64,000 nucleotides of DNA, taken from an uncultured Gemmatimonadales bacterium. GTDB lineage: Bacteria > Gemmatimonadota > Gemmatimonadetes > Gemmatimonadales > GWC2-71-9. The stretch is taken from NCBI GenBank assembly GCA_963843115.1, contig CAWJJB010000007.1, forward strand, positions 2,203,282 through 2,267,281, given 5' to 3'. Made by a program: the position numbers and the translations under genes. Position 1 is the stretch's first letter, and every line of letters starts with the position of its first letter. The notes below the pieces were generated by a model. The model did no database searches and was not told the origin of the DNA. It saw nothing but the letters and a program-made list of their open reading frames with translations. This document shows, in pieces, positions 54,010-64,000 of this stretch.

Positions 54010-55193
54010 CGGCGCAGCCGTCGCACCTCCACGCGCTCGATACGGTTCTCATCGACGGTACGCAGCACGATCCACTCCGCGGTGATATCAAGTGGCGAGG
54101 CGTGGGTTGGGAGCGCCAGGGATCCGAGCCATGACCCTTCCTTCGAGAATATCCACCACTCCGCATCGATGTCGCCCACATGCCCGCCCCGGCGAACCCA
54201 CGCCAGCGAGCCGGGATCGGGCACCAGCCCGATGATGGCGGGGAGCGAATCGGGCTTCGGGATCGTGCGCCACACCGAGTCGAGCCTCGCACGCTGGAGT
54301 CCGGTGCCCGCGCTGCCGAGCAGTGCGCGCCCCTGCCGATCAATGTCATCGCGCGACACCTCGAGGCGCGTGCCGGGCCAGCGGATGATGCGGCGCACCT
54401 GCCCCGATTCATCGCGCTCCTCGAACTGCATTCTTCCGCCTTCGCTCGTGATGAAGCCATCCGGCAGTACCGCCAGGCGCGACCCGAGGCCAAAGGGAAC
54501 GGCCGAGAGCGATGCGCGCCCATGCTCGGTGCTCAGCAAGAGTTCCTCGCCCGGCAGGACCCCTACGCTGTCCGCAACACCGCTGCCGTCGAAGCGGAAG
54601 AGGCTCCGGCCCGGCCGCACAAATCCCGGCTCGCGATCCTTCAGCTCCAGTTCCGTCCCCGCCTCAGCGAGCAGCCGACCATCCGCGAAAGCACCAAGAA
54701 CCGCAAAGCGGCGAGTGCTGTCCTGCAGTCGCAGCGTATCCTGATGCAGTACCACCCCAGCAGCATCCAGTCGCGTGAGCACCCGCGCGCGCGCGTCCCA
54801 CGCGAGCAGCGTATCCCCTTGGGAATAGAGGCTCGCGAGCGAACCGAACTGGATGGGGGCTCCCCGGCCGCCGACGGTCCGTACGTGCTTTCCTGACGCT
54901 GAGAACCAGCGCAGCTGCCCGGTGCCCCCGTTGGCCACCACGATGCTGCCATCGGGAAGGCGCGCCGCACCCGTGATGCCGAGAAAGTCGAGGGCGGAGT
55001 CGCCGGCCACCCCACCGAGTGTCAGCGTCGGGCTGCCGGTAATTCGCCATGCCGGCCGGTCGCCCCATGCGGGCGTGGAGGAGGTCACCACCTGGATCCC
55101 GGCGCTGTCCACCACGTCAGGACCCGTTACCGGGAGGGATGCGTCGGGGCGGCAGGCGACGAGGCCGGCACAGACGAGCAGCGCCCGCCTCAT
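54006..55193 (-). CDS. hypothetical lipoprotein, beta-propeller-like
   Basis: MRRALLVCAGLVAC lipobox, with repetitive beta-strand-rich sequence. Confidence 0.6.
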   Translation of the reverse strand: MRRALLVCAGLVACRPDASLPVTGPDVVDSAGIQVVTSSTPAWGDRPAWRITGSPTLTLGGVAGDSALDFLGITGAARLPDGSIVVANGGTGQLRWFSASGKHVRTVGGRGAPIQFGSLASLYSQGDTLLAWDARARVLTRLDAAGVVLHQDTLRLQDSTRRFAVLGAFADGRLLAEAGTELELKDREPGFVRPGRSLFRFDGSGVADSVGVLPGEELLLSTEHGRASLSAVPFGLGSRLAVLPDGFITSEGGRMQFEERDESGQVRRIIRWPGTRLEVSRDDIDRQGRALLGSAGTGLQRARLDSVWRTIPKPDSLPAIIGLVPDPGSLAWVRRGGHVGDIDAEWWIFSKEGSWLGSLALPTHASPLDITAEWIVLRTVDENRIERVEVRRLRR

Positions 55194-55774
55194 CCGCGCG
55201 CCTTCCCCACCGTTCCAATGAACCTGGACACCAGCGCCGCCAGTCGCTGGCGCAGGACCTCGTCGTGCAGCGACCCATCGGCGGCAAAGGCTTCACCAGC
55301 CTGGGCGAGCGAGAACATCTCGGGGTACACGATCATCCCCATCGACTCGAGTGGAACGCGAAGGTGCCACAATCCGCGATTGCCGCCCACCCGCGAGTTC
55401 GATGCCGAGAGGAGCAGTGCCCATCGGTCACTGACCACGAAGGGGCGGATGCGCGAAAGCCAGTCGATGGTGTTCTTGAGGTTGCCGGGCATGGAGAAAT
55501 TGTATTCGGGTGAGGCGAGCAGGAGGCCGTCAGCGGCTGACACGAGTCGGCCGAGACGCTCTACTTCCGCCGGTATGCCGGCGGCTGCCTGCAGGTCGGC
55601 ATCGTATGCCGGAAAGATGAATTCCCGGAACTCGTGAACGTCAACCTCTGCGCCCTCAGCTCGCGCCAGTGCAACCGCCTGTGCCAGCAGGCGGCGGTTG
55701 AGTGATTCGCGCCGCAACGAGGCGGCAAAGGCAATCAGCTTGATGGCGCGAGCAGGGGACGCAGCGTCTGCCAT
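55190..55774 (-). CDS. NAD(P)H-dependent FMN reductase family
   Basis: IKLIAFAASLRRESLNRRL...SPEYNFSMPGNLKNTIDWLSR. Confidence 0.8.
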   Translation of the reverse strand: MADAASPARAIKLIAFAASLRRESLNRRLLAQAVALARAEGAEVDVHEFREFIFPAYDADLQAAAGIPAEVERLGRLVSAADGLLLASPEYNFSMPGNLKNTIDWLSRIRPFVVSDRWALLLSASNSRVGGNRGLWHLRVPLESMGMIVYPEMFSLAQAGEAFAADGSLHDEVLRQRLAALVSRFIGTVGKARG

Positions 55775-56421
55775 ACGTTGGCGGCCAGTCTCCGTTGTCC
55801 CGAGGGCGTGGGGTGAATGCCATCCGGCTGGTTGAGCGAGTCCACGCCACCCACGCCCTCGAGCAGGGCGGGAACGATGGGCAGGTCGTTGGCGCGAGCG
55901 ACGGCGGGAAAGACCCGCTGGAACTGCGTCACGTACCCGCGCCCCAGGTTCGGCATGGCGTTCATGCCCACCAGGACGATGCGGGCCTCCGGCTGCACTG
56001 CGTGCACCCGGTCGATGATCGCCTGAATGTTCGACTGGATCGAGTCAGGATCCTGTCCCCTCAGGCCGTCGTTGGCTCCGGTCTCCAGGACCAGGACGGC
56101 CACTGGCGTGCTGAGGAGCCAGTCGATGCGCCGGAGGGCGCCGGCCGACGTCTCGCCGCTCACGCCGGCATTTACGACCCGATAGTGGAGGCCCGCCGAG
56201 TCGATCTTCTCCTGGATGATCGCGGGATAGGCCTGGTCTGGCTCGACGCCGAGGCCCGCCGTCAGGCTCGTGCCGACGAACATCACGACCGGGGCGGTGC
56301 TGTCGGCCAAGGCTGCGCTGGAGGCCACAGCACCGCCGGCAGGTTGCGCCGCACCGGTGCGTTCCCGTCCGCAGCCCGAAACGGCAACAAGCACGGCCAT
56401 CATCGTGTACCTAGCTATCAT
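55735..56421 (-). CDS. tesA: SGNH/GDSL-type arylesterase/thioesterase (TesA-like), lipoprotein signal
   Basis: Blocks FVGTSLTAG (I), NAGVSGETS (II), ETGANDGL (III), DGIHPT (V). Divergent from a ybbA/ybbP-like ABC pair, as in E. coli. Confidence 0.8.
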   Translation of the reverse strand: MIARYTMMAVLVAVSGCGRERTGAAQPAGGAVASSAALADSTAPVVMFVGTSLTAGLGVEPDQAYPAIIQEKIDSAGLHYRVVNAGVSGETSAGALRRIDWLLSTPVAVLVLETGANDGLRGQDPDSIQSNIQAIIDRVHAVQPEARIVLVGMNAMPNLGRGYVTQFQRVFPAVARANDLPIVPALLEGVGGVDSLNQPDGIHPTPSGQRRLAANVWQTLRPLLAPSS

Positions 56422-56445
56422 TCGCGCTCTCAACGATCTCCCGGG

Positions 56446-57120
56446 ATGTGCATGCTTCGCTGTGACGGGTTGACCCAGACATATCTCTCCGGCGGCCGCC
56501 AGCTGACGGTACTGAAGAATATCACCTTCGCCCTCGAGGACGGCGGGTTCCTCGCGATTGTGGGGCCATCGGGAAGCGGCAAGACGACGCTGCTTGGCCT
56601 GCTCGCCGGGCTCGACCGGCCCAGCCACGGTACCGTGCACCTCGATGGCGCCGACCTCGGCGCCATGACGGAGGACCAGCGCGCGCGGATGCGAGGCGAG
56701 AAGGTCGGTTTTGTCTTCCAGTCGTTCCAGCTCATCCCCACGCTGACGGCCCTCGAGAACGTCCAGGTTCCGCTGGAGCTCTCCGGTCGCCCCGCCGAGG
56801 AGCGCCCCCGTGAGCTTCTGGCCCGCGTCGGCCTGGGTGAGCGCAGCCATCATTACCCCGCCCAGCTGTCGGGCGGCGAGCAGCAGCGCGTGGCGCTGGC
56901 GCGCGCCTTCGCCAACCGCCCCCGGATCCTGTTCGCCGATGAGCCGACCGGCAATCTCGACAGTGCAACAGGCGGCGGCATCGTGGAACTCATGCTGGAA
57001 CTCAACCGCGATTTCGGCACCACCATCGTGCTGGTGACCCACGACCTCGCCCTGGCCGCCCGCGCGCGGAGGATCATCCGGCTGGCCGACGGTGCCCTGG
57101 CGAGCGATACCTCCGCGTGA
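56446..57120 (+). CDS. ABC transporter ATP-binding protein (YbbA/LolD-like)
   Basis: [37 protein letters not shown]. Confidence 0.9.
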   Translation: MCMLRCDGLTQTYLSGGRQLTVLKNITFALEDGGFLAIVGPSGSGKTTLLGLLAGLDRPSHGTVHLDGADLGAMTEDQRARMRGEKVGFVFQSFQLIPTLTALENVQVPLELSGRPAEERPRELLARVGLGERSHHYPAQLSGGEQQRVALARAFANRPRILFADEPTGNLDSATGGGIVELMLELNRDFGTTIVLVTHDLALAARARRIIRLADGALASDTSA

Positions 57121-59702
57121 CGTCGTCCGGCTTTGTATTCCGCATGGCCGCGCGGGAGGGCCGCGCGTCGTGGCGACGACTGCTTGTGCTCACCGGCGCC
57201 GTGGCCGTTGGCGTGGCGGCACTCGTGGCCATCAACAGCTTCTCCGACAACCTGCGACAGTCGGTCAAGGACCAGGCGCGCTCACTTCTCGGGGCGGACA
57301 TGGCGCTGGTGAGCCGGCGGCCATTTCCACCTACCGCCGAGGCAGTGCTCGATACTGTCAGTCGCGGCGGCGCCGTGGCCCGCGTGGCGCAATTCGCCGC
57401 CATGGCGTACGTCGGGCGCACCGACGGGAGCCGGCTGGTGCAGGTCACTGCGGCGGAGCCCGGGTATCCGTTCTATGGCGAGATCGGCACCTCGCCCGTC
57501 ACGGCATGGAGGCGGCTGCACGAAGGCCTCAATGTCGTGGTCGAGCCCTCCCTGCTGACGCAGCTGGGCGCGCGCATCGGTGATACCCTCTCACTGGGTG
57601 AGTCCCGATTTACCATCATCGGCGTCACCACCAGCATCCCCGGCGACGTCGGGGTGCGCGCCGCGTTCGGGGCGCGCGTGTTCATTCCGTGGCGTCTTCT
57701 CGAGGCCACGCAATTGCTGGGTGCGGGGTCCCGCGCCGAGTATGCGGCGTATGTGCGGCTGCCGCCCACTGCCGATGCCCTGAAGCTCGCGGAGCGGTTC
57801 CGGAGCACCCTTCGGCCTGAGCGCGTGCGCATCCGCACCGTCGAGGAGGACCGCAACAACCTCACGGAAACTCTCGACCGGATGGGCAACTATCTCGGGC
57901 TCGTGGCCCTGATGGCGCTGCTCCTGGGCGGGCTGGGCGTGGCGAGCGCCGTCTCGGTATTCATCCGGCGAAAGCTCGACTCGATCGCCGTGCTGCGATG
58001 TCTCGGCGCGTCATCGGGCCAGGTGTTCTCGGTGTACCTGTTGCAGGCGGTCGGGATGGGCCTGCTGGGCAGCGTGCTGGGCGTGCTCGGCGGTATCGCT
58101 GTCCAGCAGCTGCTCCCGCTCCTGCTGCACGACTTCCTTCCCGTAACCGTCTCTGCGGCACCTTCGCTGCGAGCGATCGGCCTGGGCCTGCTGGTTGGAC
58201 TCTGGGTCAGCACCGTCTTTGCGCTGCTGCCGCTCCTGTCGGTACGTCGCGTGCCGCCGCTGGCAGCCCTGCGCCGTGACGTCGACCCGGCACCATCGCG
58301 CCGCGACCCCCTCACGATGCCCACGCTCGCGGCGCTCCTGCTGAGCGTTGTTGCGCTCACCGCGCTGCAGGTGGGCAACTGGCGCACGGCACTCTACTTC
58401 TCCCTCGGCATATGCGGTGCCGTCCTGGTGCTCTGGCTGGCGAGCCAGGGCCTCACGCGCCTGGTGCGCCGATGGAACCCGGCCAGCTGGCCGTATGTGT
58501 GGCGCCAGGGCCTGGCCAACCTGCATCGCCCGGCAAACCAGACCACCACCGTCGTGCTTGCCCTTGGATTCGGCGCCTTCCTGCTGGCTACACTGTACCT
58601 GGTGCAGCACAACCTGCTGAACCAGCTCCAGCTTTCCGGTGGTGACGGTCGGCCCAACCTCGTGGTACTCGACATCCAGCCCGACCAGCTGGCCCCTGCC
58701 GAGTCGCTGCTCGCGGCCGACAGCCTGCGCCTGATCGGCCCGGTGCCGATTGTGCCCATGCGCATCAGTGCCATCAACGGACGCGCGGTGCTCCGCACCG
58801 GGGACGATTCTGTCGAGGTTGACTCGACCGCCGGGGCGGGCGGCGCGAGTGGCAGCCAGCGTCGCGCCGGATGGGCGGTGCGGCGAGAATATCGGTCGAC
58901 GTATCGCGACACGCTCGTCTCATCCGAGAAGCTGGTCGCCGGGAAATGGTGGCCGGCCGCTTCCGCAGCCAAGGCCGGTTCGCCCTCACCGGCCGCTATC
59001 TCCATCGAGGTCGGACTCGCATCCGAACTCGGCGTCACCATCGGTGACACCATCACCTGGGATGTGCAGGGTCTCCCCATCGTCACGCATGTCACGAGCA
59101 TGCGGGAGGTGAACTGGGCCCGCTTCGAACCGAACTTCTTCGTCGTGTTCCAGCCGGGCGTCCTGGAGCGAGCGCCACAGAGCGCCCTGCTGCTCACGCG
59201 ACTCGATGATCCGGCCGCCAGGGGACGGCTGCAGCGTCGGCTGGTGGAGCGTTTCAGCAACGTGACGGTGGTGGACATCTCGAACGTGCAGGCGGCAGTC
59301 GAAAAGCTCGTGGGCCAGGTGACTCTCGCCATCCGATTCATGGCCCTGTTCAGCCTCCTCACCGGCGCCGTGGTGCTCGCCGGCGCCGTCGCGACCAGTC
59401 GCTTCCAGCGGGTGCGTGAGGGCGCCCTCCTCCGCACCCTCGGTGCCACGCGAGGGCAGATCCTCCGGGTGGTGGTCGCCGAGTACTCGGCCCTAGGCCT
59501 GATAGCGGCGGTGGTCGGCCTCGGGCTCGCGGTCGTTGCGGCATGGGCGCTGGCCCACTGGGTGTTTGAGTCGCCGTTCGGGGTGCCGGCGAGCATCGGC
59601 GGGCTTGGCGTCATTGTGGTGGCGGGTACCGCCCTCATGGGCCTCCTCAACAGCCGCGATGTCGTGCGCCGGGCGCCGCTCGAGGTTCTCCGGGGCGAGT
59701 AA
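57117..59702 (+). CDS. FtsX-family ABC transporter permease (YbbP-like, duplicated)
   Basis: 861 aa with two FtsX-type 4-TM modules. Start overlaps the ATPase stop. Confidence 0.85.
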   Translation: MTSSGFVFRMAAREGRASWRRLLVLTGAVAVGVAALVAINSFSDNLRQSVKDQARSLLGADMALVSRRPFPPTAEAVLDTVSRGGAVARVAQFAAMAYVGRTDGSRLVQVTAAEPGYPFYGEIGTSPVTAWRRLHEGLNVVVEPSLLTQLGARIGDTLSLGESRFTIIGVTTSIPGDVGVRAAFGARVFIPWRLLEATQLLGAGSRAEYAAYVRLPPTADALKLAERFRSTLRPERVRIRTVEEDRNNLTETLDRMGNYLGLVALMALLLGGLGVASAVSVFIRRKLDSIAVLRCLGASSGQVFSVYLLQAVGMGLLGSVLGVLGGIAVQQLLPLLLHDFLPVTVSAAPSLRAIGLGLLVGLWVSTVFALLPLLSVRRVPPLAALRRDVDPAPSRRDPLTMPTLAALLLSVVALTALQVGNWRTALYFSLGICGAVLVLWLASQGLTRLVRRWNPASWPYVWRQGLANLHRPANQTTTVVLALGFGAFLLATLYLVQHNLLNQLQLSGGDGRPNLVVLDIQPDQLAPAESLLAADSLRLIGPVPIVPMRISAINGRAVLRTGDDSVEVDSTAGAGGASGSQRRAGWAVRREYRSTYRDTLVSSEKLVAGKWWPAASAAKAGSPSPAAISIEVGLASELGVTIGDTITWDVQGLPIVTHVTSMREVNWARFEPNFFVVFQPGVLERAPQSALLLTRLDDPAARGRLQRRLVERFSNVTVVDISNVQAAVEKLVGQVTLAIRFMALFSLLTGAVVLAGAVATSRFQRVREGALLRTLGATRGQILRVVVAEYSALGLIAAVVGLGLAVVAAWALAHWVFESPFGVPASIGGLGVIVVAGTALMGLLNSRDVVRRAPLEVLRGE

Positions 59703-59771
59703 GCCGGGATCCGCCCGGGATGCATCCGGGCGCCCCATCCCCTACTTTTGCATCACCCTAACCCAACGCAC

Positions 59772-60689
59772 ATGCTTCCCATCGACCTCTCCGGCAAGCG
59801 GGCTTTCATCGCAGGCGTCGCCGACGACGGCGGCTTTGGCTTCGCCATCGCCAAGGCCTTCGCCGAGGCGGGCGCCTTGGTATCCGTCGGCACCTGGCCC
59901 CCCGCGCTCGGCATCTTCCAGAAGATGCTGGAGCGGGGAAAGATGGACGAATCAATGACGCTGGCTGACGGCCGACGGATGGAGTTCGAGAAGATCTATC
60001 CGCTCGACGCCGCCTACGATACGCTCAGCGATGCCCCGCCGGAAATCCTCGAGAACAAGCGGTACAAGGAACAGGGCGACTTTTCCATCGAGGGACTCAC
60101 CGCGAGCCTGCGCCGCGACTTCGGCGACACCGGCCTGGACATCGTGGTGCACAGCCTTGCCAACGGACCGGAGGTCCGGAAGCAGCTGGTGGACACCTCG
60201 CGCGCCGGGTACCTCGCCGCGGTGGGCGTGAGCGCATACAGCAACATTTCCCTGGTCCGGAACCTGGCGCCGATGATGCGACCGGGCGGCTCCTTCCTCT
60301 CACTGACGTACATGGCCGGGGAACGGGTCGTGCCGGGATACGGCGGCGGCATGTCGTCGGCGAAGGCGGCGCTCGAGTCGGATACCAGGACGCTTGCCTA
60401 TGAGGCGGGGAGGAGATGGGGCGTTCGCATCAACACGATCAGCGCCGGTGCGCTGGCCTCCCGGGCTGCCACCGCGATCGGGTTCATCGACGTGATGATT
60501 CGGTATACCGAGGCCAACAGCCCCCTCCCCCGCCGGCTGCAGGCCTCCGAGGTCGGTGCCACAGCGGCGTTCCTTGCGAGTCCGCTTGCGGCGGCCATCA
60601 CCGGCAGCACCGTATACGTGGACAATGGCTACCACGCCATGGGTATGGCGGTGTCGGCGGCGGGCATCGAGCCACCCGCGGCCCCGTGA
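59772..60689 (+). CDS. fabI: enoyl-[acyl-carrier-protein] reductase (NADH)
   Basis: [45 protein letters not shown] (Y..K). Long FabI type. Confidence 0.85.
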   Translation: MLPIDLSGKRAFIAGVADDGGFGFAIAKAFAEAGALVSVGTWPPALGIFQKMLERGKMDESMTLADGRRMEFEKIYPLDAAYDTLSDAPPEILENKRYKEQGDFSIEGLTASLRRDFGDTGLDIVVHSLANGPEVRKQLVDTSRAGYLAAVGVSAYSNISLVRNLAPMMRPGGSFLSLTYMAGERVVPGYGGGMSSAKAALESDTRTLAYEAGRRWGVRINTISAGALASRAATAIGFIDVMIRYTEANSPLPRRLQASEVGATAAFLASPLAAAITGSTVYVDNGYHAMGMAVSAAGIEPPAAP

Positions 60690-61069
60690 ACCCGCGCCGC
60701 ATGGTGGCGCTCGGTGCCATCGTCGCCGGACTCGCCGTGGCGGCAGGAGCGTTCGGGGCACACGCCCTGCGGGCCCGACTGGATGCCGGCGACCTCGGCG
60801 TCTTCGAGACCGCTGCGCGGTACCAGATGTACCACGGGCTCGCACTCATCGCGGCGGGTTGGGTGGCCGATCGCTGGCCCAGTCGACTCGCAAGTGCGGC
60901 GGGCTGGTGCTTCCTCGCGGGAATCGTGCTCTTCTCGGGAAGCCTCTACGCACTGGTGCTGAGCGGCGTGCGGGGCCTGGGTGCGATTACGCCGTTGGGT
61001 GGGGTGGCGTTCCTGGCGGGATGGCTCTGCCTGGCGCTGGCTGCGGGGCGTGAGAGCGTGAGGGCGTGA
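60686..61069 (+). CDS. DUF423 membrane protein
   Basis: GAFGAHAL...YQMYHGLAL motifs. The GTG overlaps the fabI TGA (GTGA). The last 7 codons and the stop lie inside the octamer array. Confidence 0.75.
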   Translation: MNPRRMVALGAIVAGLAVAAGAFGAHALRARLDAGDLGVFETAARYQMYHGLALIAAGWVADRWPSRLASAAGWCFLAGIVLFSGSLYALVLSGVRGLGAITPLGGVAFLAGWLCLALAAGRESVRA

Positions 61070-61127
61070 GGGCGTGAGGGCGTGAGGGCGTGAGGGCGTG
61101 AGGGCGTGAGGGCGTGAGGGCGTGAAG
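61048..61127 (+). repeat. 10-unit tandem octamer array (GCGTGAGG consensus)
   Basis: Counted units: gcgtgaga, 7 x gcgtgagg, 2 x gcgtgaag, all contiguous and in perfect 8-nt register. Confidence 0.95.
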
Positions 61128-61175
61128 GCGTGAAGAAAAAAGAGGGGCGAGAAGTCAACAGACTTCCCGCCCTTT
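61128..61175. terminator. bidirectional rho-independent terminator between DUF423 and the cta operon
   Basis: AAAAAAGAG-GGGCGAGAAGT caacag ACTTCCCGCCC-TTTCTCCTTTT. The stem pairs at 10 of 11 bp, with an A-run on one side and a T-run on the other. Confidence 0.75.
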
Positions 61176-61204
61176 CTCCTTTTCGCCACTTCACATCCTC
61201 ACGT

Positions 61205-61227
61205 CGTCACGTCATCCTGAGCGCAGC
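61205..61227. repeat. short hairpin element CATCCT-gagcgcagcga-AGGATG flanked by CACGTC units
   Basis: 6-bp stem with an 11-nt loop, immediately after the ctaF stop. Flanks: tcctcacgtcgtcacgt / tcacgtcg. Confidence 0.4.
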
Positions 61228-61235
61228 GAAGGATG

Positions 61236-61607
61236 TCACGTCGCCCCCACCAGGGGGCCTATCATCTCCGAGAAATTGCGTTCGTAGATGAACAGCGCCA
61301 GCAGCGCCAGGATGACAAACGTCGCCAGGAAGAGGGAGAAGCTGAAGATCCCCTTGAGCAGCGGACCGTCCCACTTGAGGTGCATGTAGTACAGCGCCAC
61401 CAGCGCAAACTTGATCGCCGACAGCACGATCAGCACCGGAATGAGTCCGCTATGCAGGAAGTCGTGCAGGGGCAGTCCTGGCCGGTGCGCAATCTCGTAG
61501 GCGCCTACCTCCATCGCCGTGAGAATGAAGAGCACGAGGCCGATGCGGACATACTCCCCCGCGCGCTCGGGGAAGTTGTGCTCGTGTGCCTGGGCAGAGG
61601 AGTCCAT
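61236..61607 (-). CDS. ctaF: cytochrome c oxidase subunit IV (prokaryotic caa3-type small subunit)
   Basis: 123 aa with 3 TM segments. SAIKFALVALYYMHLKWD motif. Confidence 0.75.
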   Translation of the reverse strand: MDSSAQAHEHNFPERAGEYVRIGLVLFILTAMEVGAYEIAHRPGLPLHDFLHSGLIPVLIVLSAIKFALVALYYMHLKWDGPLLKGIFSFSLFLATFVILALLALFIYERNFSEMIGPLVGAT

Positions 61608-61614
61608 GATAGCC

Positions 61615-62202
61615 CTAGGAGTTCATGAGGTAGACGACCGGGAAGATCACGATCCACACCACGTCGACGAAGTGCCAGTACAGCGCCGCCATCTCGAAAT
61701 TGAGCGCCTTTGCCGGCGGCACATGACCGCGCACCCCCTCGATGAAGACCGACAGCAGCCAGATCACGCCGATGGTGACGTGCGTTCCGTGGAACCCGGT
61801 CAGCGTGAAGAAGCTCGCGCCGAACAGGTTCTTCTGCATCGTGAGGCCTTCATGATAGAAGTGCGTGAACTCGTACACCTGCATCCCGATGAAGAAGAGT
61901 CCGCACAGGATGGTCATCGCGAGCCATCCGAGGAACTTCTTCCGGTTGCCCTGCTCGCAGCCATTCAGGGCGAGCACCACGAACAGGGAGCTGAAGAGGA
62001 GCAGGGCGGTGCCGGCCGTGACCAGCGGGATCTCGAAGATCTCGCTCGGATACGGCCCGACGAGGCTCTTGCCCTTGTACACCAGGTACACCGAGATCAG
62101 CGACGCGAAGAACAGGCACTCGGACCCGATGAAGGTCCAGATGGCCAGCTTCCGGTTCGGCATGCCGGTTGACGTTTCGGGGTGCAGTGCGTGTGCGTCC
62201 AC
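61615..62202 (-). CDS. ctaE: cytochrome c oxidase subunit III
   Basis: 195 aa. FFASLISVY, TGFHGTHVTIGVIWL and YWHFVDVVWI motifs. Confidence 0.9.
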   Translation of the reverse strand: MDAHALHPETSTGMPNRKLAIWTFIGSECLFFASLISVYLVYKGKSLVGPYPSEIFEIPLVTAGTALLLFSSLFVVLALNGCEQGNRKKFLGWLAMTILCGLFFIGMQVYEFTHFYHEGLTMQKNLFGASFFTLTGFHGTHVTIGVIWLLSVFIEGVRGHVPPAKALNFEMAALYWHFVDVVWIVIFPVVYLMNS

Positions 62203-62214
62203 GATATTCCTCGC

Positions 62215-64000
62215 TCAGCCTTCGGCCGGTTCGAAGACCCAGTTGAAAATGCTGAAGAAGAGCACCGACACCGCCCCGAAGATGTACGCGGGGCCGAACT
62301 TCCCATCGTGGTGCATCAACGCGATGAAGAGCAGCAGCACGCCCACCGCCGCCAGGAAGGGCCAGTAGGACGGATTGGGCAGGTGAATGCCGGCACCGCT
62401 CACGCGAGCTGGCTCGGGCAGCGGCCCGCCAAGGGCGCGCTTCTCGTCCCAGAGCGGGTCGCGGCCATGCACCGTCGGGATCGTCGCGAAATTGAATTCC
62501 TGCGGCGGCGACGGGATGGACCACTCGAGCGTGGCCCCGTTCCACGGGTCGGCGGGCGCATGCGCCTTGGAGAGCGTCGACTTGATCACGTTGAAGATGA
62601 ATACAAGGAACGAAAAGCCGAGAATGAGGCTGCCGTACGTCTCAAGCCGGTTGAGCGATTCAAAGCCGAGTCCCGCCGGGTAGGTGTACACCCGGCGCGG
62701 CATCCCCTCGAGCCCGACGATGTGCATCGGGAAGAAGGTGAGGTTGAAGCCGATCAGCATGATCCAGAACTGGAGCTTGCCGAGCCCCTCGTCGAGCATA
62801 TGGCCGAACATCTTGGGCCACCAGTAGAAGGCGCCGGCGGTGAGTGCAAAGATGCTGCCGCCGAAGAGCACGTAGTGGAAGTGCGCCACCACGAAGTAGG
62901 TATCGGTCTGCTGCAGGTCGGCCGGGGCCGTCGAGTGCATGACGCCCGAGAGGCCGCCCATGATGAACATCGCGATGAAGCCCAGCGCGAAGTACATCGG
63001 TGTCTTCATCTGGATCGACCCGCCCCAGATGGTGCCGATCCAGTTGAAGATCTTCACGCCCGTCGGGATGGCGATGAGCATCGTCGCCAGCGAGAACACC
63101 GAGTCGGCGATCGGGCCCATGCCGGTCGAGAACATGTGGTGGCTCCACACGCCGAATCCCAGGAAGGCGATGAAGCACCCCGAGAACACCATCGCGGTGT
63201 AGCCGAAGAGCGGCTTGCGCGAGAACACCGGCAGGATCTCGGAGATGATGCCGAACGCCGGCAGGATCAGGATGTACACCTCGGGATGCCCGAATATCCA
63301 GAAGAGGTGCTGCCAGAGCAGCGTGTCGCCACCTCCCATCGGCACGAAGAAGTTGGTGCCGAAGAGCCGGTCGAACATCAGCAGGATCAGCGCGACCGTG
63401 ATCACCGGGAACGACAGCAGGACCAGCAACTGCGTGATGAAGCTCATCCACACGAACATCGGCATCCGGATCAGCTTCATCCCCGGCGCCCGCATGTTGA
63501 GGATCGTCACGAAGAAGTTCACGCCGGCCGCCAGGGACGCGATGCCCAGGATCTGCAGGCCGATGGCCCAGAAGTCCATGTTCAGGCCCGGCGAATACTG
63601 CTTGCTCGACAGGTTGGCGTAACCGAACCATCCCCCGTCCGGCGCGGCGTTGAACAGGAAGCTCGAGTTGAGGAACAGGCCGCCGAAGAGGAACACCCAG
63701 TAGCTGAAGGCGTTGAGCCGCGGAAAGGCCACGTCGCGCGCCCCGATGAGCAGCGGGATGAAGAAGTTGAAGAACATCGCCGAGAGCGGCATCACGGCGA
63801 GGAAGATCATCGTCGTGCCGTGCATCGTGAACAGCTGGTTGTAGAAGTCGGGCGAGACAAAGTGGTTGTCCGGCCGCATGAGCTGCCAGCGGATCAGCAA
63901 CGCCTCGAGCCCGCCGATCAGGAAGAAGATGAACGCCGACGCCCCGTACAGGATGCCGATCTTCTTGTGGTCCACCGTGGTGATCCATGACCAGAGACCG
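62215..64000 (-). CDS. ctaD: cytochrome c oxidase subunit I (5' end beyond the window)
   Basis: DHKKIGILY, WFFGHPEVYILILPAFG and HHMF motifs. The frame stays open upstream of the track's GTG (GLWSWITTVDHKKIG), so the gene continues past 64000. Confidence 0.9.
   Translation of the reverse strand, partial: GLWSWITTVDHKKIGILYGASAFIFFLIGGLEALLIRWQLMRPDNHFVSPDFYNQLFTMHGTTMIFLAVMPLSAMFFNFFIPLLIGARDVAFPRLNAFSYWVFLFGGLFLNSSFLFNAAPDGGWFGYANLSSKQYSPGLNMDFWAIGLQILGIASLAAGVNFFVTILNMRAPGMKLIRMPMFVWMSFITQLLVLLSFPVITVALILLMFDRLFGTNFFVPMGGGDTLLWQHLFWIFGHPEVYILILPAFGIISEILPVFSRKPLFGYTAMVFSGCFIAFLGFGVWSHHMFSTGMGPIADSVFSLATMLIAIPTGVKIFNWIGTIWGGSIQMKTPMYFALGFIAMFIMGGLSGVMHSTAPADLQQTDTYFVVAHFHYVLFGGSIFALTAGAFYWWPKMFGHMLDEGLGKLQFWIMLIGFNLTFFPMHIVGLEGMPRRVYTYPAGLGFESLNRLETYGSLILGFSFLVFIFNVIKSTLSKAHAPADPWNGATLEWSIPSPPQEFNFATIPTVHGRDPLWDEKRALGGPLPEPARVSGAGIHLPNPSYWPFLAAVGVLLLFIALMHHDGKFGPAYIFGAVSVLFFSIFNWVFEPAEG

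Noticed and set aside
55735-57120. Two very long overlapping ORFs, 55735-57042(-) and 55795-57120(+), taken at face value.
   Set aside because: Each is a real gene (tesA-like 55735-56421; ABC ATPase 56446-57120) fused to an antisense shadow of the other. Starts were trimmed using the signal peptide or Walker motif and the divergent tesA/ybbA arrangement.
59703-59771. Quasi-palindrome GCCCGGGATGCATCCGGGC after the FtsX permease as a terminator.
   Set aside because: The stem is short and imperfect with only a weak T-run, so I could not distinguish it from chance GC-rich self-complementarity.
61048-61127. Possible CRISPR array.
   Set aside because: The units are 8 nt, contiguous and without spacers, and there are no cas genes in the window.
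60629-61194. ORFs translating to [24 protein letters not shown]... (60629-61189 and 60946-61194, minus strand).
   Set aside because: The peptide repeat is just the 8-nt DNA repeat read through three frames. The ORFs run antisense to the DUF423 gene and across a terminator.

Overview
High-GC bacterial chromosomal segment. The gene content (OmpA/TSP3 proteins, Hanks kinases with TPR tails, ECF sigma, caa3-type oxidase) suggests a Gemmatimonadota- or Acidobacteria-like soil organism, but that is a guess. I call about 65 protein genes and one tRNA-Asn. I saw no rRNA, CRISPR, transposase or integrase. Most genes are housekeeping or envelope functions packed into operons with 1-4 nt start/stop overlaps. 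Notable blocks: (i) 7.0-12.2 kb holds an Eco57I/type-IIG-like N6-adenine methyltransferase followed by an SF2/SNF2-type helicase. Each is encoded in two reading frames and I can find no nuclease, so this is the best candidate for an undescribed defence or epigenetic module. (ii) 32.0-42.2 kb holds a 10-gene, tightly coupled arg operon of the acyl-citrulline type. It has no argA/argJ but contains an uncharacterised BioD/CobQ-like P-loop protein and an alpha/beta hydrolase. (iii) An 8-nt tandem repeat (sense AGGRCGTG = GTGAGGRC) fills the only two real gaps inside the arg operon, where it supplies stop codons, SD and the GTG start. It also forms a 10-copy G-rich array at 61.05 kb. (iv) Four genes show frame breaks, which could be real or assembly indels. 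(v) A relic 3' end of an amidohydrolase paralogue abuts a multicopper oxidase next to tRNA-Asn. Many long ORFs in the track are antisense shadows typical of high-GC DNA and were not called.
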